A DNA stretch of 63,537 bases, filler included, from Olpidium bornovanus S191 (GCA_017911155.1; 31 parts of 31 records of this genome joined end to end with filler, not necessarily neighbours in it), one strand, 5' to 3'. Numbered from the whole stretch's first letter, positions 9,655 to 21,867 are shown. Notes: a model not told the origin generated them from the letters alone. Translations and numbers: made by a program.

Positions 9655-12336
9655 CATGTCGTCAGAGCAGTCGTTTCTCAACGTTCGCGTCATATACGGG
9701 TGAAAGCAAAAGACGCTCATTTTAGATTAAATAAACGCCGCTGGGGTCGCACCTGCGGCACGTTGCTCATTCTCCGAATTACCAGCGACGGGATTCGCAA
9801 CCTGCGGACCCGACCTCGCGCCGCCTGGCTTGGCTGTCTGGCTGAGCAACCCAGACAACGTGCGCGACGACGGACCAGACGCCATCTCACGGAATTCGGG
9901 AATCAGGCGTGAGTCGGAAACGGCTTCATCACCGTCGCTCATTCTTGGTACTTCCTTATGTCGCGGCAACTTCGCCCGCATAACTTCCACGCCAGCAGAC
10001 GGCGTTCGCCTGGCGTTTCCGTCCGTTCGCGGAAAAGGCAGTGGCTGGCCGACGTTACTCCTATTACAATCCCGGTCCGCGCGGAGCATGAGCGGCGGGG
10101 AATCCCGTTTCAACAATTTCCGACAGTTTGGAATCCTTTTGGTCGCCAATGGTAACGCAGACTGATATAATCCGGCCGTCCGGCACGAGTCGTCCACAAT
10201 TTCGTCACCCACTCCCACTTCGGACGCTACTTTCGCGTCAGGCGGTCGCACCAGCTGAAAATGGTCTGCAGCGGCGCGCCGCATGAGCCGCGGACACGAG
10301 ACAAGATTCGACATTTGCTTTTCCCCGGATACCTGGGCCAATTTTTGTCCGATCGCCTCGTCCCGATTTCCGGGTTGTATCCCAGATGCAGGTCTCATGG
10401 CATCTCCACGCAGAACGACTTGCGACGAAAGCACCAGAACGCCATTTCCCTCTGCCAACTCCTCTCCGGGAAGTTTCTCCAGCCATTTTTCCGGAGGAGG
10501 GCGGCATACTGGCTCCAATCTTCCGGGAAAGCGCGGAAGGCGGCCTTTGATGCCGTCGACGCTGCCAGAATCCGTTTCTCCGGTGCAAAGAGCGCCTGAA
10601 TCTTCCAGGGATCTTGAAACCCCATGGCGTCCGTTTAATTTGCCCACTGCGCCGGATGACGCGTTCGATGATTGGCCAGTCGACCTGAAGGGTGGGGGAG
10701 ATGATGGCACCAAGATACACGGCCCGCATCGTCTCGTCGACGTCATTGCGCAGGACGACATATTGCGGGATACCTTTTCTTCGGCAGGTGTGACTTTCGG
10801 TACAGGCGACCGGCTCGAAGGTGAAGCCACGTTGCTTGGCGCTTGGGAACGCTTCCTATTTGGCGGGGCCAAATCAAATGTTACAAAATTGAAAATGGCC
10901 AGGAACAAGAACCACAGCGGAATTATACGCACTTCGATGTAACTTCAATCTCCACAAAAGCCACCTTCTTTCTCGTCATCCTCTTGGCGTTCAGTTGGAA
11001 TCTTTGCGGGTTCGACGATTTTGGTACGGAAATCATCTGGCCGCTCTTCTCCGGCCGACTCTTTCCGCAGGGATATACTAATTCGTCTTCGCTACTGTTC
11101 TGGACCACCGAACGATCGGCAGGTGACCGGCTAGAGCATTGCGCGCGGTTACGGGATTGCGAGGAATTCTTTCCAAATGCAGCTGACTGGCAAACCAGAA
11201 CATCTAATGATCAGAACTTTCGAAAAGCGAGTATCGGGCCAAGACGCGGGAAACAATGTGCCTACCGTTCTAGATCGCAAGCGCATTCCCAGCGGCGAAA
11301 GCTGACCTCTCAGAATTCACGGTGATACGACGGTGTCGTGCAAACTGGTTAGAAGGGCAAATTACAACATCTTGGCCGGCAAGATTCGTGCAATCAATAG
11401 CAGCAGGGTACCTCAATACTCGATTCCTGGAACTGCCTGCGCCGCCCCTGATCCACGTCCGGCTTCGAGTCCTTCTGCAGAAGCGACCGGTCAGCTGCTG
11501 TGGCAGACTGCGCCTCAATGCGCCTCGCCGGGACTGAACAGCCGTCGAGACGCTTGGCTACCACCGCGCGGCTGGCAGGCAAGAGCACCAGCGCTTTCCT
11601 GCGGCGTACGAGAGGTGGATCGGCGGACGGCTCGACAAAACCGTCTTCGTCGCCGGCGCCATCGTATTGCGGTATACGAGTTGATCTCCTGCGTTTCGCC
11701 TCTTGGTCGGAGAAACCAGCGATTGTCAAACCGCGTTTAGGAACAGAACCTGGGGATGACGGGATGTCCGAGTTCCCCGTGAGCAAGAGCGGCGTGCCGG
11801 GGCCATCTGAGGGAGGGTCGCGTATGCGTTCGTTCATTGGCGCATCCTGCTGTTCCTCGATGAGATGGCTTTGCATCGCTAACTGAGCCTCCGTGGGCAA
11901 TACGGGGCGTGATGTGGTCCGAGAACCAACCCACTGTAATGAACAACGTAGGCTGGCCGTCAGCTAATTACTTTTCACGCAGCAAAAACCCGGAAAGTCC
12001 AAGCCGATCAGTACCAGGCCATGGGCTTTCTGCCGCTGACTTATTACAGGAGATGAGGGCATTGAAGATGCAGAGAGCACATGATGCGCTTCATCCGCCG
12101 CCTGCGATGATGTAACATTCGGCTGCGTATCCTGCTGCAAAGGTGTGGGCGCATATGACGAGAGCTCTGCTACATGCTCTCTGGCGCAGGTAGTGAGGGA
12201 AAGAGCCGCTTCGGCGCATGCGATACTTATAAGGACCGAAAGGGATTATGGGGAAGCGGTGCATACCTTAAAAATGCGGCATCTTCTGAGTAGGAATTGG
12301 AAATCTGCCACCTGTCCGGGAAAGGCATTTCGGCAG
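9655..12336 (-). CDS. Hypothetical large Ser/Pro/acidic disordered protein, both ends partial
   Basis: Successive minus-strand open frames (12336-12267, about 12180-12010, 11900-11394, 11108-10923, 10932-9727) with plausible GTATGC/GTACCC/GTGCGA donors. Composition is disorder-like. No domain recognised. Confidence 0.55.
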
Positions 12337-12436
12337 NNNNNNNNNNNNNNNNNNNNNNNNNNNNNNNNNNNNNNNNNNNNTTAATTAATTAANNNNNNNN
12401 NNNNNNNNNNNNNNNNNNNNNNNNNNNNNNNNNNNN

Positions 12437-14150
12437 CTGGCCGTGATCTTCTTCATCGCGCTCGTCGCCTGCGTGCGCTGGTACATGTCCTTGGAATTCA
12501 TCATCTGCAGTATGGGAGCAATATTTTTCTCCTTCATTGGCGTATCCTCGCTAAATTTTTTTTTTTTTTTTTTTTTTTTTTACCGCCCAGACAATAAAGA
12601 AGCCGGAATGAGAGGAATATTCGGTTTGCTTATTGCCCTGTTTTGTTGGTGGGGGAAGGGGGGGAAGGGAAATAATAATACCGAGCAAGGACGATTCGAC
12701 GGCTGAAGCGTGCTTCTCGGTCGTTGTCGCGACCTTGGTCTCGACTGGCGGCGGCTTCGGCAGCGCGCGCTTGACCGGCGGCTTGGCCGTCCCGTCCACG
12801 ATGTGCTCCCGGCCGCGGTCCTGGAGAAGAACCATGACTACGCGTACGGGATTTATATTCGTAAGCCCGGCCGGGGAGGAAGAGGAGGGAAGGGGGAAGG
12901 TGGTGGGGCCAAATCGCCAGCCGCGGACCTCGGACCCGACTCGGCTAGTCAAAAAAGAAACTTCGGCTTTTTTCATCACATCATTCCTCCGGGGGTGGGG
13001 GGGAGGCCGCCTCACCGTCCGCGTCGGCGTTGTGTGCGATGACACCGCACAGGATCCGCATGAGCTCGTCCCGCGCCTCCTTTCCCGTTTTCCCGGCGTC
13101 GACTTCCCCCCCGTCCTCGCCGGCGGTCGTTGTCGCCGTCGTCGCCGTCGTCCCCGGCCTGGCTATCGTGAAGCGCAGCCGTGCGTCTCCGCGGCCGGAA
13201 TGATACGCCGTCGCGGACGGGCGCTCCGCATCGTACAGAGATTCTAGTTGCTCGTACAGGTTCAGCAGCTGCGCGACGCCTTGCACGTCGACGCGCCGCA
13301 CCTGGTCATCAAACTCTTTTTATTTTTATTTTTATTTTTATTTAATTATTTTTTGGTTGCGCGGAGAGAGAAAGTTATGTCACGGTCTCAGGCGGCTGCT
13401 CGGATTCGCTAAACTAAAAAAGGAAATTTGGAAGTTTGGCGGGGCTCACCGTAATCCAACATCTTCGTCAGTACCGTCACGCAGGTTTGCAGCACGTCCG
13501 GCTTTGACCCTTGGAGCATCGTGCTGATTTGACAAACGATCCCGTTGTTGAACAGGTCATTGATGAAGTGCGGGTCGCACCTCTCGTCTATGAAAACGTT
13601 TTGCGGCAACATGGTGGGGGAGTGGGGGGAGGGTTCGAGAAGCAGAACACGCCTTCTGTCAACGTAAAGTCCCGTTTCGCAACCCGCTCCGTCGAAAGGG
13701 CGAACTTGCCTGAAGCAGGGGCACTACTAGAGCCTTACCGGCAGCAAGGATGCGCTCGATAATTTTGAGGGAGCGAACCGCGATGGCGGCGGACCTGTTT
13801 CGCAGGAGGGAAGACAGGCATCTAACCGGGCGGCTTCTAAGAAGCAGCTGCCGGGTCCTTGCTGAAGCCGACCCAGCCCAGCAAAAAGTCAGGCGGGCCA
13901 TTTGCCGAGAACCGTGGAAACTGGACCGTTCACACAGGTCAATGTTGTTTTTGCTTTTTTTTATTATAAATTCTTACGCACCATCGGCCAGCGAGTCCTC
14001 CAGCACTTTCAGCAGGTGAGGCACGATCGCCGGGTAGGTGATTGCTCGGAGTTCAAGCATGGAGAGGACGGAGTTGAAGCCGTTCGCCGTGACGAAGTGT
14101 GCGAGGAATCTTGCTATTTTTTGCCGTGTGTTTCCGGCAATATTTAGCGA
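12437..14150 (-). CDS. Armadillo/HEAT-type repeat protein, partial
   Basis: Exons encoding amphipathic helices: FLAHFVTANGFNSVLSMLEL...LLKVLEDSLAD; VRSLKIIERILAA; PHFINDLFNNGIVCQISTMLQGSKPDVLQTCVTVLTKMLDY; VQGVAQLLNLYEQL; NIAPILQMMNSKDMYQRTQATSAMKKITA. Confidence 0.6.
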
Positions 14151-14278
14151 GGCATAAAGAAGTTTCGTTTCCCCAAGANNNNNNNNNNNNNNNNNNNNNN
14201 NNNNNNNNNNNNNNNNNNNNNNTTAATTAATTAANNNNNNNNNNNNNNNNNNNNNNNNNNNNNNNNNNNNNNNNNNNN

Positions 14279-15787
14279 ACTGGCGCGTGGTTGGAGGGCG
14301 TAACTGGTCGAAATGTGACTGTCGCTTTGCTGGACGATGGTACAGTCTGATTGTTTAACGAAACGTGTTTAGTCCCGGAAAACGAAAATAGTCGCATGGC
14401 TTCCGCCTCGTTCTTGGCTGATGATATTATGGTGCCGCATGCTCTTCGTTTCGTTCGGTTAGGCCTCGACTTCGAAAGCCTGGACCTGAAGGATAATTTT
14501 TTTGCCGCTGGGTCACACGACTTCAACGACAACACCGAGCTCCCTAGGCCGATACTTGATGACGATGTCCACGGCACGCGGTGCGCTGGTGAGATCGCGG
14601 CCGTTCGGGACAACAACGTCTGCGGGGTCGGGGTGGCGTACAACGCGCGGGTGTCTGGAATTCGGATCCTGTCCAAGGATATTACCGACGCGGACGAGGC
14701 AATGGCGCTCAACTACCGGTATCACGATAACCACATCATGTCTTGTTCGTGGGGTCCGCCCGACGATGGTGCCTCTGCCGATGCACCCCAGGGCATCATC
14801 GCCAAAGCCGTCGTGAACGGCGTCACAAATGGTCGCAACGGGAAGGGGACGATCTACGTGTTTGCGACCGGAAACGGTGGTCTCTACCAGGACAACTGCA
14901 ACTTCGATGGGTACACAAACAGCGTGTATACCTTAACTATTGGCGCAATCGACATTCTAAATAGGCATCCTTATTATTCGGAGGCATGTTCCGCTCAGAT
15001 CGCCGTCACGTACAGCAGCGGGGCGGGCCACTTTATCGTACGTAGGCGGCCATTCGCAGGACGCAACGGGCGTTTTCCATTGACTGTACGGTTTCGTGGT
15101 CCACGTGTTCCTGATGCGTAGGCTCTTTCACGCTTTTTAGTTTACGACGGATGTCGGCAGCGAAAAGTGCGCAGCTAATCATGGCGGCACTTCGGCCGCT
15201 GCCCCCCTCGCGGCTGGGCTCTTGGCCTTAGTTCTAGATGTGAGGTAACTTGGGACTCGAGTCAATCCCCCTGTCGACGTTGTTTTCTGGTAGTGCCGCT
15301 GGGTGCTGACGACAGTGTTTGTCCGCGGGCCAAATGTGACCGGTGCGTCTGTTAAGGCCGGACCTCAACTGGCGAGACGTGCAACACATCTGTATTCGGA
15401 CAGCTGAAATTGTGTCCGCCGATGATGAGGACTGGAAGCCGACGTACGCCGGGCGGAAATTCAATCACAAGTTTGGGTATGGCCGCCTGGACGCTTACCG
15501 GATGGTCACATTCGCTCGGACTTGGAAATCGGTGAAACCGCAAACGCGGCTACAGATGCCGCCCGTCCACCTGAATGCGACCATTCCGTTCGGTCCCGAC
15601 GGCCTGCAATCCAACGTGACCGTTACCCATGAGATGGTTGCTTCCGCGGGGCTGGAGCGCCTTGAGCATGTCACTGTCACTGTCAACCTGAACCACTCGC
15701 TGCGCGGCGACGTCGAGATTATGCTCGTCAGCCCGAACGGCGTCGAAAGCCGCTTGGCAGAGCACAGAGAGAACGACAAGAGCACTG
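14279..15787 (+). CDS. KEX2: Kexin (subtilisin-like proprotein convertase), catalytic domain plus start of P domain, partial
   Basis: Catalytic motifs VALLDDGLD (Asp), HGTRCAGEIAA (His), FATGNGG (oxyanion Asn) and HGGTSAAAP (Ser). Then PDLNWRDVQH, FNHKFGYGRLDA and the P-domain LEHVTVTVNL..RGDVEI.LVSP. Three introns. Confidence 0.97.
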
Positions 15788-15887
15788 NNNNNNNNNNNNN
15801 NNNNNNNNNNNNNNNNNNNNNNNNNNNNNNNTTAATTAATTAANNNNNNNNNNNNNNNNNNNNNNNNNNNNNNNNNNNNNNNNNNNN

Positions 15888-16050
15888 CATGCAGCCAATT
15901 GCCGAAGGATCGAGAGGTGTAGAGGTGGAGTGACAACTGGGATGTCCGAAACGGTTGAAGACTTGCTCCACGTAGTGTTCCTGGCCCAAGTATAGCCCAT
16001 CATACTGTAGTGCGTCTGGCCCAAGTATAGCCCATCATTCTGTAGTGCGT
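15888..16050 (-). mobile_element. Ty1/copia reverse-transcriptase relic with internal 35-bp tandem duplication
   Basis: Minus frame reads DGLYLGQEHYVEQVFNRFGHPSCHSTSTPLDP, matching the copia RT motif gi.LsQ..Y...iL.rFg...c....TP.d. Duplicated 35-mer at 15981-16015 and 16016-16050 (1 mismatch). Confidence 0.7.
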
Positions 16051-16360
16051 TTTGTGTTGTGTTCGCTTTATTTTACACGACTTGAGAGAAAACGGAACCG
16101 AAGAAAGATTGATTATAAAGAGATACATTAACACTTCTCGTCGATTTATAAAGGGTCTAACTCCGATCAATCGCTCAAACAGGAGTAAATTTTTTTTTTG
16201 TCTTCCCATGGTGTGCTGGGTCCGAGGGGATGACGGCGGCTTTTTTTTTTTTTTCTGGCTAAGGGGGCGAGGGGGTTGTGGTGCTCGCTCTCTCCCCGAA
16301 AAGCCCAACGCCACACGCAAAACAGGGGTACCTTGGCGGTCCAGCGCGCCGCCCGCGACC

Positions 16361-17279
16361 ATGAAGGTCAAGGCGCTGTCGCGCAGTGCCGGCGACTACA
16401 CGCGCGAGCGGTCGAACGACATTCACAAGCTGCCGCGGAACCTGGACCCGGCTCTGCACCCCTTTGAGAAGGCCCGCGAGTACACCAGGGCGCTGAACGC
16501 CACGAAGCTGGACCGCGTGTTTGCGAAACCCTTCGTCGGCGCCCTCTCCGGCCACTCGGACGGCGTGTACTGTCTCGCCAAGCACGCCCGCGTGCTCGAC
16601 CGCGTCCTATCCGGAAGCGGCGACGGCGAGGTCCGCCTGTGGAGCCTTGTGGACAGGCGGACTGTTTGGTCGGTCTCGGGCGCGCACAGAGGCATCGTGC
16701 GCGGCGTGACCGTTTTCCCGACCGAGGACAGGTTCCTGAGCGTGGGGACGGACAAGACCGTGAAAATATGGACGCCCGAGCAGTTCGAGGTCGGTCGCCC
16801 CGCCGGGGGGACGAAAGGGGGGAAGGGTGGAAGGGCGAAAGCTGCGGGGCTTTTTTTTTCGCTTTCCCTGCCGTTATACGGCGAGTTGCGGTTGACGGCG
16901 GACGCTCGCATCGACAATTTCTTCCCAGCCTGTATCCACGTTTATCGGAAAGGGCGCCTTTACTGCAGTTCACCACCATCGGAACGAGGCGGTTTTTGCC
17001 ACTTCCGGCGCTGCCGTAGAAATCTGGAATGAAACCCGGTATGTGGGTTGCCATGGAAAGCGCCGGCACTCTCGGCAAGAATGTTGGGGTTGGGGGGGGG
17101 GGGTGTTGGCGGCGGAGCTGACGCCGCCTCTTGCCGACAACAGTTCAGAACCCGTGTCGACATGGAATTGGGGAGTCGATACCGTCAACGCCGTCAAGTT
17201 TAACCAGACGGAAGTTAATATATTGTCGAGTTGTGGCACGGACCGGTCGGTTGTGCTTTACGACCTACGCACCAGTTCG
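16361..17279 (+). CDS. SOF1: U3 snoRNP WD40 protein Sof1/DCAF13, 3'-partial
   Basis: MKVKALSRS...RNLDPALHPFEKAREYTRALNATKLDRVFAKPFVGALSGHSDGVYCLAK is the diagnostic Sof1 N-terminus. Later exons contain WGVDTVNAVKFNQTEVNILSSCGTDRSVVLYDLR. Confidence 0.97.
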
Positions 17280-17417
17280 NNNNNNNNNNNNNNNNNNNNN
17301 NNNNNNNNNNNNNNNNNNNNNNNTTAATTAATTAANNNNNNNNNNNNNNNNNNNNNNNNNNNNNNNNNNNNNNNNNNNNCATGGATCTAGGCTAAATCCG
17401 CTTTTGCGCACAAACAG

Positions 17418-17726
17418 ATGCAGAAGCTCGTGGACGTTCTCAACGCGCATCTCACGGCACTGCAGTCGATAGACGACGAGTGCACGCAACTGCAAGTGAG
17501 GATAGAGGAACAGGAGAAAAAGCAGGAGGCTGCGGCACGGGACGTGGAGCGAGTGCACCGCGGCGGCGCGGCTGCGTCCCGGAGGGCAAACCTTCGCGAG
17601 CCTTTAGCATTTTCAGGGCCTGCCCGAGGAACCTTGGGCACGTCTCTCGGCTCGTCCATGGCTGCAGCCGCGAAAGTCGGAGGACTGGCCTCACGGGCGA
17701 GAGGGCCCGAGTCGTCAATTGGTTGA
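17418..17726 (+). CDS. NSP1: Nucleoporin Nsp1/Nup62 C-terminal coiled coil, last exon
   Basis: MQKLVDVLNAHLTALQSIDDECTQLQVRIEE resembles the Nsp1/Nup62 motif iv.iLNaHl..LqwId....lq..iee. Preceded by an ACAAACAG acceptor. Confidence 0.6.
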   Translation: MQKLVDVLNAHLTALQSIDDECTQLQVRIEEQEKKQEAAARDVERVHRGGAAASRRANLREPLAFSGPARGTLGTSLGSSMAAAAKVGGLASRARGPESSIG

Positions 17727-18248
17727 AGGGCGGTCTGAAAAGTTCTTTTACCGGGGAAGCGATAAAAGAATTGCCGCGTGCGCGTATCGGGTTGTGCCGT
17801 TTCATTCGCTAGTTGGCGCATTTTTCGTATACCATGCCAGAACGTAGCCCGAGTCAAATGATTGCAATTTGAAATCGGCAAAGATTGCGGTCAGCACTTC
17901 ACGCGTTCAGGCTCTGTTTCCGGCTGCTGCGCACACGAGTACAAATGCTTCCGCGCAATTTCGACGCTGTTTGCACTCGTTAGATCGGTGTAGCGGCCTG
18001 AAATCGCATGGCCAACAGCTCGTTTGCTTGCCGTTCCCAGCGAAAGGAGGCCCAACGGCGCCCGTGGCTGTCGTAGGCCGTCACTTTCATGTCTCCTTGA
18101 CCCCGCGGCATGGGAGCAGGAGCTCGATGGGTCAGCAGCGGTCACGTGACTAAAGTGATTTTCTTCATATCGGGTGTTTGGAGGGAAAAAACGGGCGAAA
18201 CTCCGTTCCGCGCGTGCCGCCGCCGCCGCGGTGACGCCGGGCGCCCCG

Positions 18249-20036
18249 ATGGAGTCCGGCTCGGCGTGTCTCCCGCTGGTCGGCGAATGTGCGAACGCCG
18301 CCGACGGTTACTTCCGGAACCTGGCGGCCGGAGCGACCGCTTCTGAGGCTGCGGCGGCCGGACCACCCGCGGGAGCGGCCGAACGGCCCGGCAAAGGCGC
18401 AGGCGAGACGCCCGTAGCCGAAACCGCCAAGGCGGAGAGGCTGCTCGAGGCGGCGAGGGGCCTGCTGGCGGGCCTCGGGCCGTTGCAGCGCGCGGTGGAG
18501 CAGTGCACGTGGTACGCCGCGGCGAGCCAGGAAAGGAGGATATCCCAGCCTCTGGAGGGTGCCGTCCGCGAGGCGCAGCGGCGGACCCTAGAGCTCGTGC
18601 GGGCGCTGGAGCACGCCGACGCTGCCTACGTGCAGCTGCTCGCGGCCCACACCGCCGCGTCGAAGACGTCCGCCGGCGGCGCCGGCGGCGGAGTCACCAA
18701 GGCGGAGTCTGCGGGCGGGCTTCCCTTGCACCCGGCCTCGGCGTCGCTTCCGTCGGCCTCCCAGTCGTCCTCGCGGTGGGAAACGCAGAGCGATCACCTG
18801 GTGGAAGTCTCGGCGGCCGTGACGACTGCGCACCGCATCCTGCTCCGGGAGCTGCGCCCGCAGCTCTCCACGCTGGCCCGCCACATCGACGCTCGGGGCC
18901 TCCGATCGCTCCTGCTCAACGTCCACGGCGCCGCGGGTGAGTTCGGTGCGGCGTGGAGCGCGCTGACCGCGGTCCTCTTGGATGCTCAGACCGAGAACCA
19001 AGGGCCCACCGTCGCGGAGTCAACGGTGCCGGCGGGAGCAGCGCAGTCTGCAGATTTGGATAACTGGGTACTCCCTGGCGGCGGGCAACACCCTAACGGA
19101 CCCGGCCCCCCTGCACAGAAGCCGCACGCTCGAGAGCAGGCCCCGACAGCCTCGGTCCGTGTCCCGCCAGGTGCCGACGCGACCGTGGCGTCGAGAGCAT
19201 CTCCGTCTCAGCCGCCGCAGCCGGCGTCAGCGTCAGTCCATACGGCTCCGCTGCCGCCACAGCCCGTGCCCGCGTCGGTCTATACGACCCCGCAGCCGCC
19301 TCCGCAGCAACCGGCGAGGCAGTGGTCCGTACCTTATCCCGACTCTCGGCTCTGCACGACCGCCGAAGTTGCCGCGGCCGTCGCCGAGAGCGTGCTCCGC
19401 CTACTCGACGACAGCCTTGCCGCGCACAACGAGGAGATTCCCGGCGATATACGTGAGTTTGCCAGGCAGGTCACTGTCGTGCGGCAGGCCATCGGTCGAC
19501 TCGTCAGCGCGGTCAACGTCTACGGCGATCCGTCGTCCGCGGCGATTCCTGCAGCCGTTACCGGCTTTACTGAGAATTGTGAGCGAGCGACCAGCGGGAG
19601 ACGACTGTTGGACGAAGCAGAGACATTTGTGAAGGTCGGCCTTCTGCGTGTCCATTACTATGGCCATTAGTTTTTTATTTTATTTTTTTTTATTTTCGTT
19701 TTGTAGATCTATTTGATTTTATATCCCGGCGCGCGAACACGCGCTGACTGCGTTCTCGACATTGGTTAGTCTATTATTCAACTCTCTAGTTTAGCCAAGC
19801 ACGTCACCATGGCGCATAAGGACCAGCTCAATCGAGCTGCGGTCTCAGGGATCTCTATGCTCACACGCTCCGCCAAAGGCCTGGCGCTGGCATTGCAGGA
19901 TTTGTCACGGCCAACGTCGACGTCCTCGTCCACATCGTCGTCACTTTCGCAAACAGCGGCACGTTCCGCGTCCATTTCTTCCTCCTTTTCCGGCCTCCGC
20001 TCGCAACCGTCTGCCTCCGGCGCAGTACTGCATTAG
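18249..20036 (+). CDS. Sog2 (RAM signalling network) C-terminal-domain protein, apparently without N-terminal LRRs
   Basis: LLEAARGLLAGL...LEGAVREAQRRTLELVRALEHAD...LSTLARHIDARGLRSLLLNVHGAAGEFGAAW matches the SOG2 helical pattern (D.RylRsLll..yGs..El.nAw). After one intron, AETFVK|SIIQLSSLAK...ISMLTRSAKGLALAL matches the second SOG2 half. Confidence 0.7.
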
Positions 20037-20749
20037 GTCCGTCCGCGCGACATAAGACACGTGCGCCTTCCGGTTTCGGATCAGATGAGGTTCCAGCTCA
20101 GAGATCGTTTTCTTGATGCCGAATGCGTTCCCGGTCTTATCGGGATAGCCTTGTTGAATGACGACGGCGTCTGCCGGGCCTGGCTACCGTTGGAGGAAGT
20201 ATTGCCGTTGCACAATCGGCGGCCAAATGGGGTCACGGCGGCCTTCAAACGTGTTCGGCCCGCCATCCCTTACTGCACAATGTGGCGACGACCGTGGCAC
20301 GCCCCTCGCATGTGCAGTGGTTGTGGCACCCCTGGACGTTTTCCCGTAACGGTTCATGCGCGTTCCAGTTTGCAGTCGGGAACACCGCCCGAGATATTTG
20401 CCTGTGCAAAGATCCCCGTGCATACCGGCACGACGGGATTGGTTGTGTTGAAAGCAGGTCGCTTATTTGCCATGCGCCGATGCTGATCGGATCGAATGCT
20501 GTGCTGCCGTTCAGTTTGAACCGCCTGGCATGTGCTATGCGGAAGGACATCCAGAAATATGCTCTGAGAAATCTATCCATCTCCACCTCTCCCCCTCTCG
20601 CCCTCACTGTCAGCGCTTACGGCACTCCAGGCAAGCCAGGACGCCCAGGNNNNNNNNNNNNNNNNNNNNNNNNNNNNNNNNNNNNNNNNNNNNTTAATTA
20701 ATTAANNNNNNNNNNNNNNNNNNNNNNNNNNNNNNNNNNNNNNNNNNNN

Positions 20750-21108
20750 CCTCTCTCCCCTCCGGAACACCCTACCGCGCCCTCCAGCGTCCGTGCCGAC
20801 CAACTCCCTTCGACGGACCCTTCGAAGAGGGGCACGGCGCTGGCTTTTCCGACTCCTCCCCTACTCCCCTTCTCTTCGCTGCCTCCGCCTCGTTCCAGGG
20901 AGCGCGCCGACGCCGTTCGTAGGCGTCGCGCTCGCAAGGCAGCCGAGGGCGGGTGGGCTCGAACCGTTTGTTTATTATTTCTTTGGGAGGTTATTGAGCA
21001 AGGAAAAGGCGACGGAGTGCTCTGTTGTTGTTCGGGGGGGGGTTTTTGTCTACGACAGGGCACGCCCACTGTTCGGCTGGGGACGACAGAGCGAAACCTT
21101 TTCCGACA
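20750..21108 (-). mobile_element. LTR of an unclassified retroelement family ('LTR-X'), truncated by contig edge, abutting a copia RT
   Basis: 58/70 identity between 20888-20957 and 53414-53483. Both copies end in CCGACA (minus-strand start TGTCGG), and here that end abuts the copia (R)PDLAF motif. Confidence 0.65.
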
Positions 21109-21729
21109 GCGGACCTCGCCTTTGCCGCGGCATTCCTGGCCCGTTTCATGGCCACACCAACTGATCGTCATTGGGGCACGGTGAAGGGGATGCTCCGATA
21201 CATTCGGGGCACCATGGAAGACGGGATCCAGTTCGAACCACAAGATGCAAACAGAGAACTCGCTGTTTACTGCGTTGCGGACTGGGCTGGGTGTCATCAG
21301 ACCAGAGCTTCGACATTGGGAATGGTGATCCTCTACAACGGATCTCCAATATCATGGTGGTCGGCTAGGCAGAAGTGCATAGCGACATCTTCCTTCGAAA
21401 CGGAATTCGTATCAGGATTGATGGCCGCACAAGAGGTGCGGTTGATCCGGTCAATCCTGATGGAGATCGATGAAACTGCCATCAAGGAGGTGACCAAAAT
21501 GTACATCGATAACAACGGCGCCATGGAGCTAGCAAAGAACGATAAAACATCGAAAAAGTCCAAGCACATTGACATACGGTACCACCATCTCCGTCAATGC
21601 GTCACGGACAAGGAGATTGCCGTCGAAAGGGTCGCGTCGGTCGAGAATCCCGCAGATATGTTCACCAAACCTCTGGACAAAGTGAAGTTCGCAAAGTTCA
21701 AGGAGATGGTCGGGGTAAATGCCGTTTAA
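21109..21729 (+). mobile_element. Ty1/copia pol 3' end (RT C-terminus + RNase H), probably inactive
   Basis: DLAFAAAFLARFM..P...HW..VKGMLRYIRGT; YCVADWAG (canonical YsDADWAG, Asp replaced by Val); SWWSARQKCIATSSFETEF; IDNNGA; SKHIDIRYH; NPADMFTKPL. Confidence 0.95.
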
Positions 21730-21867
21730 GGCGGCCCTGAGGAGGGAGGACGCGAGATGGAGGTTAAACGCCATACCGCCAAGACCTCTGGGCGTTGAGG
21801 TAGAATTGAGGTATTAGCATAGATTTAGGGCGACCATGGGCACCAAGGTGCGCCCAGTGAGGCTGGG

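Noticed and set aside
20061-20649. Overlapping ORFs downstream of the SOG2-like gene
   Set aside because: Probably the 3' exons of a convergent gene, but several phase-compatible readings exist and none is identifiable.
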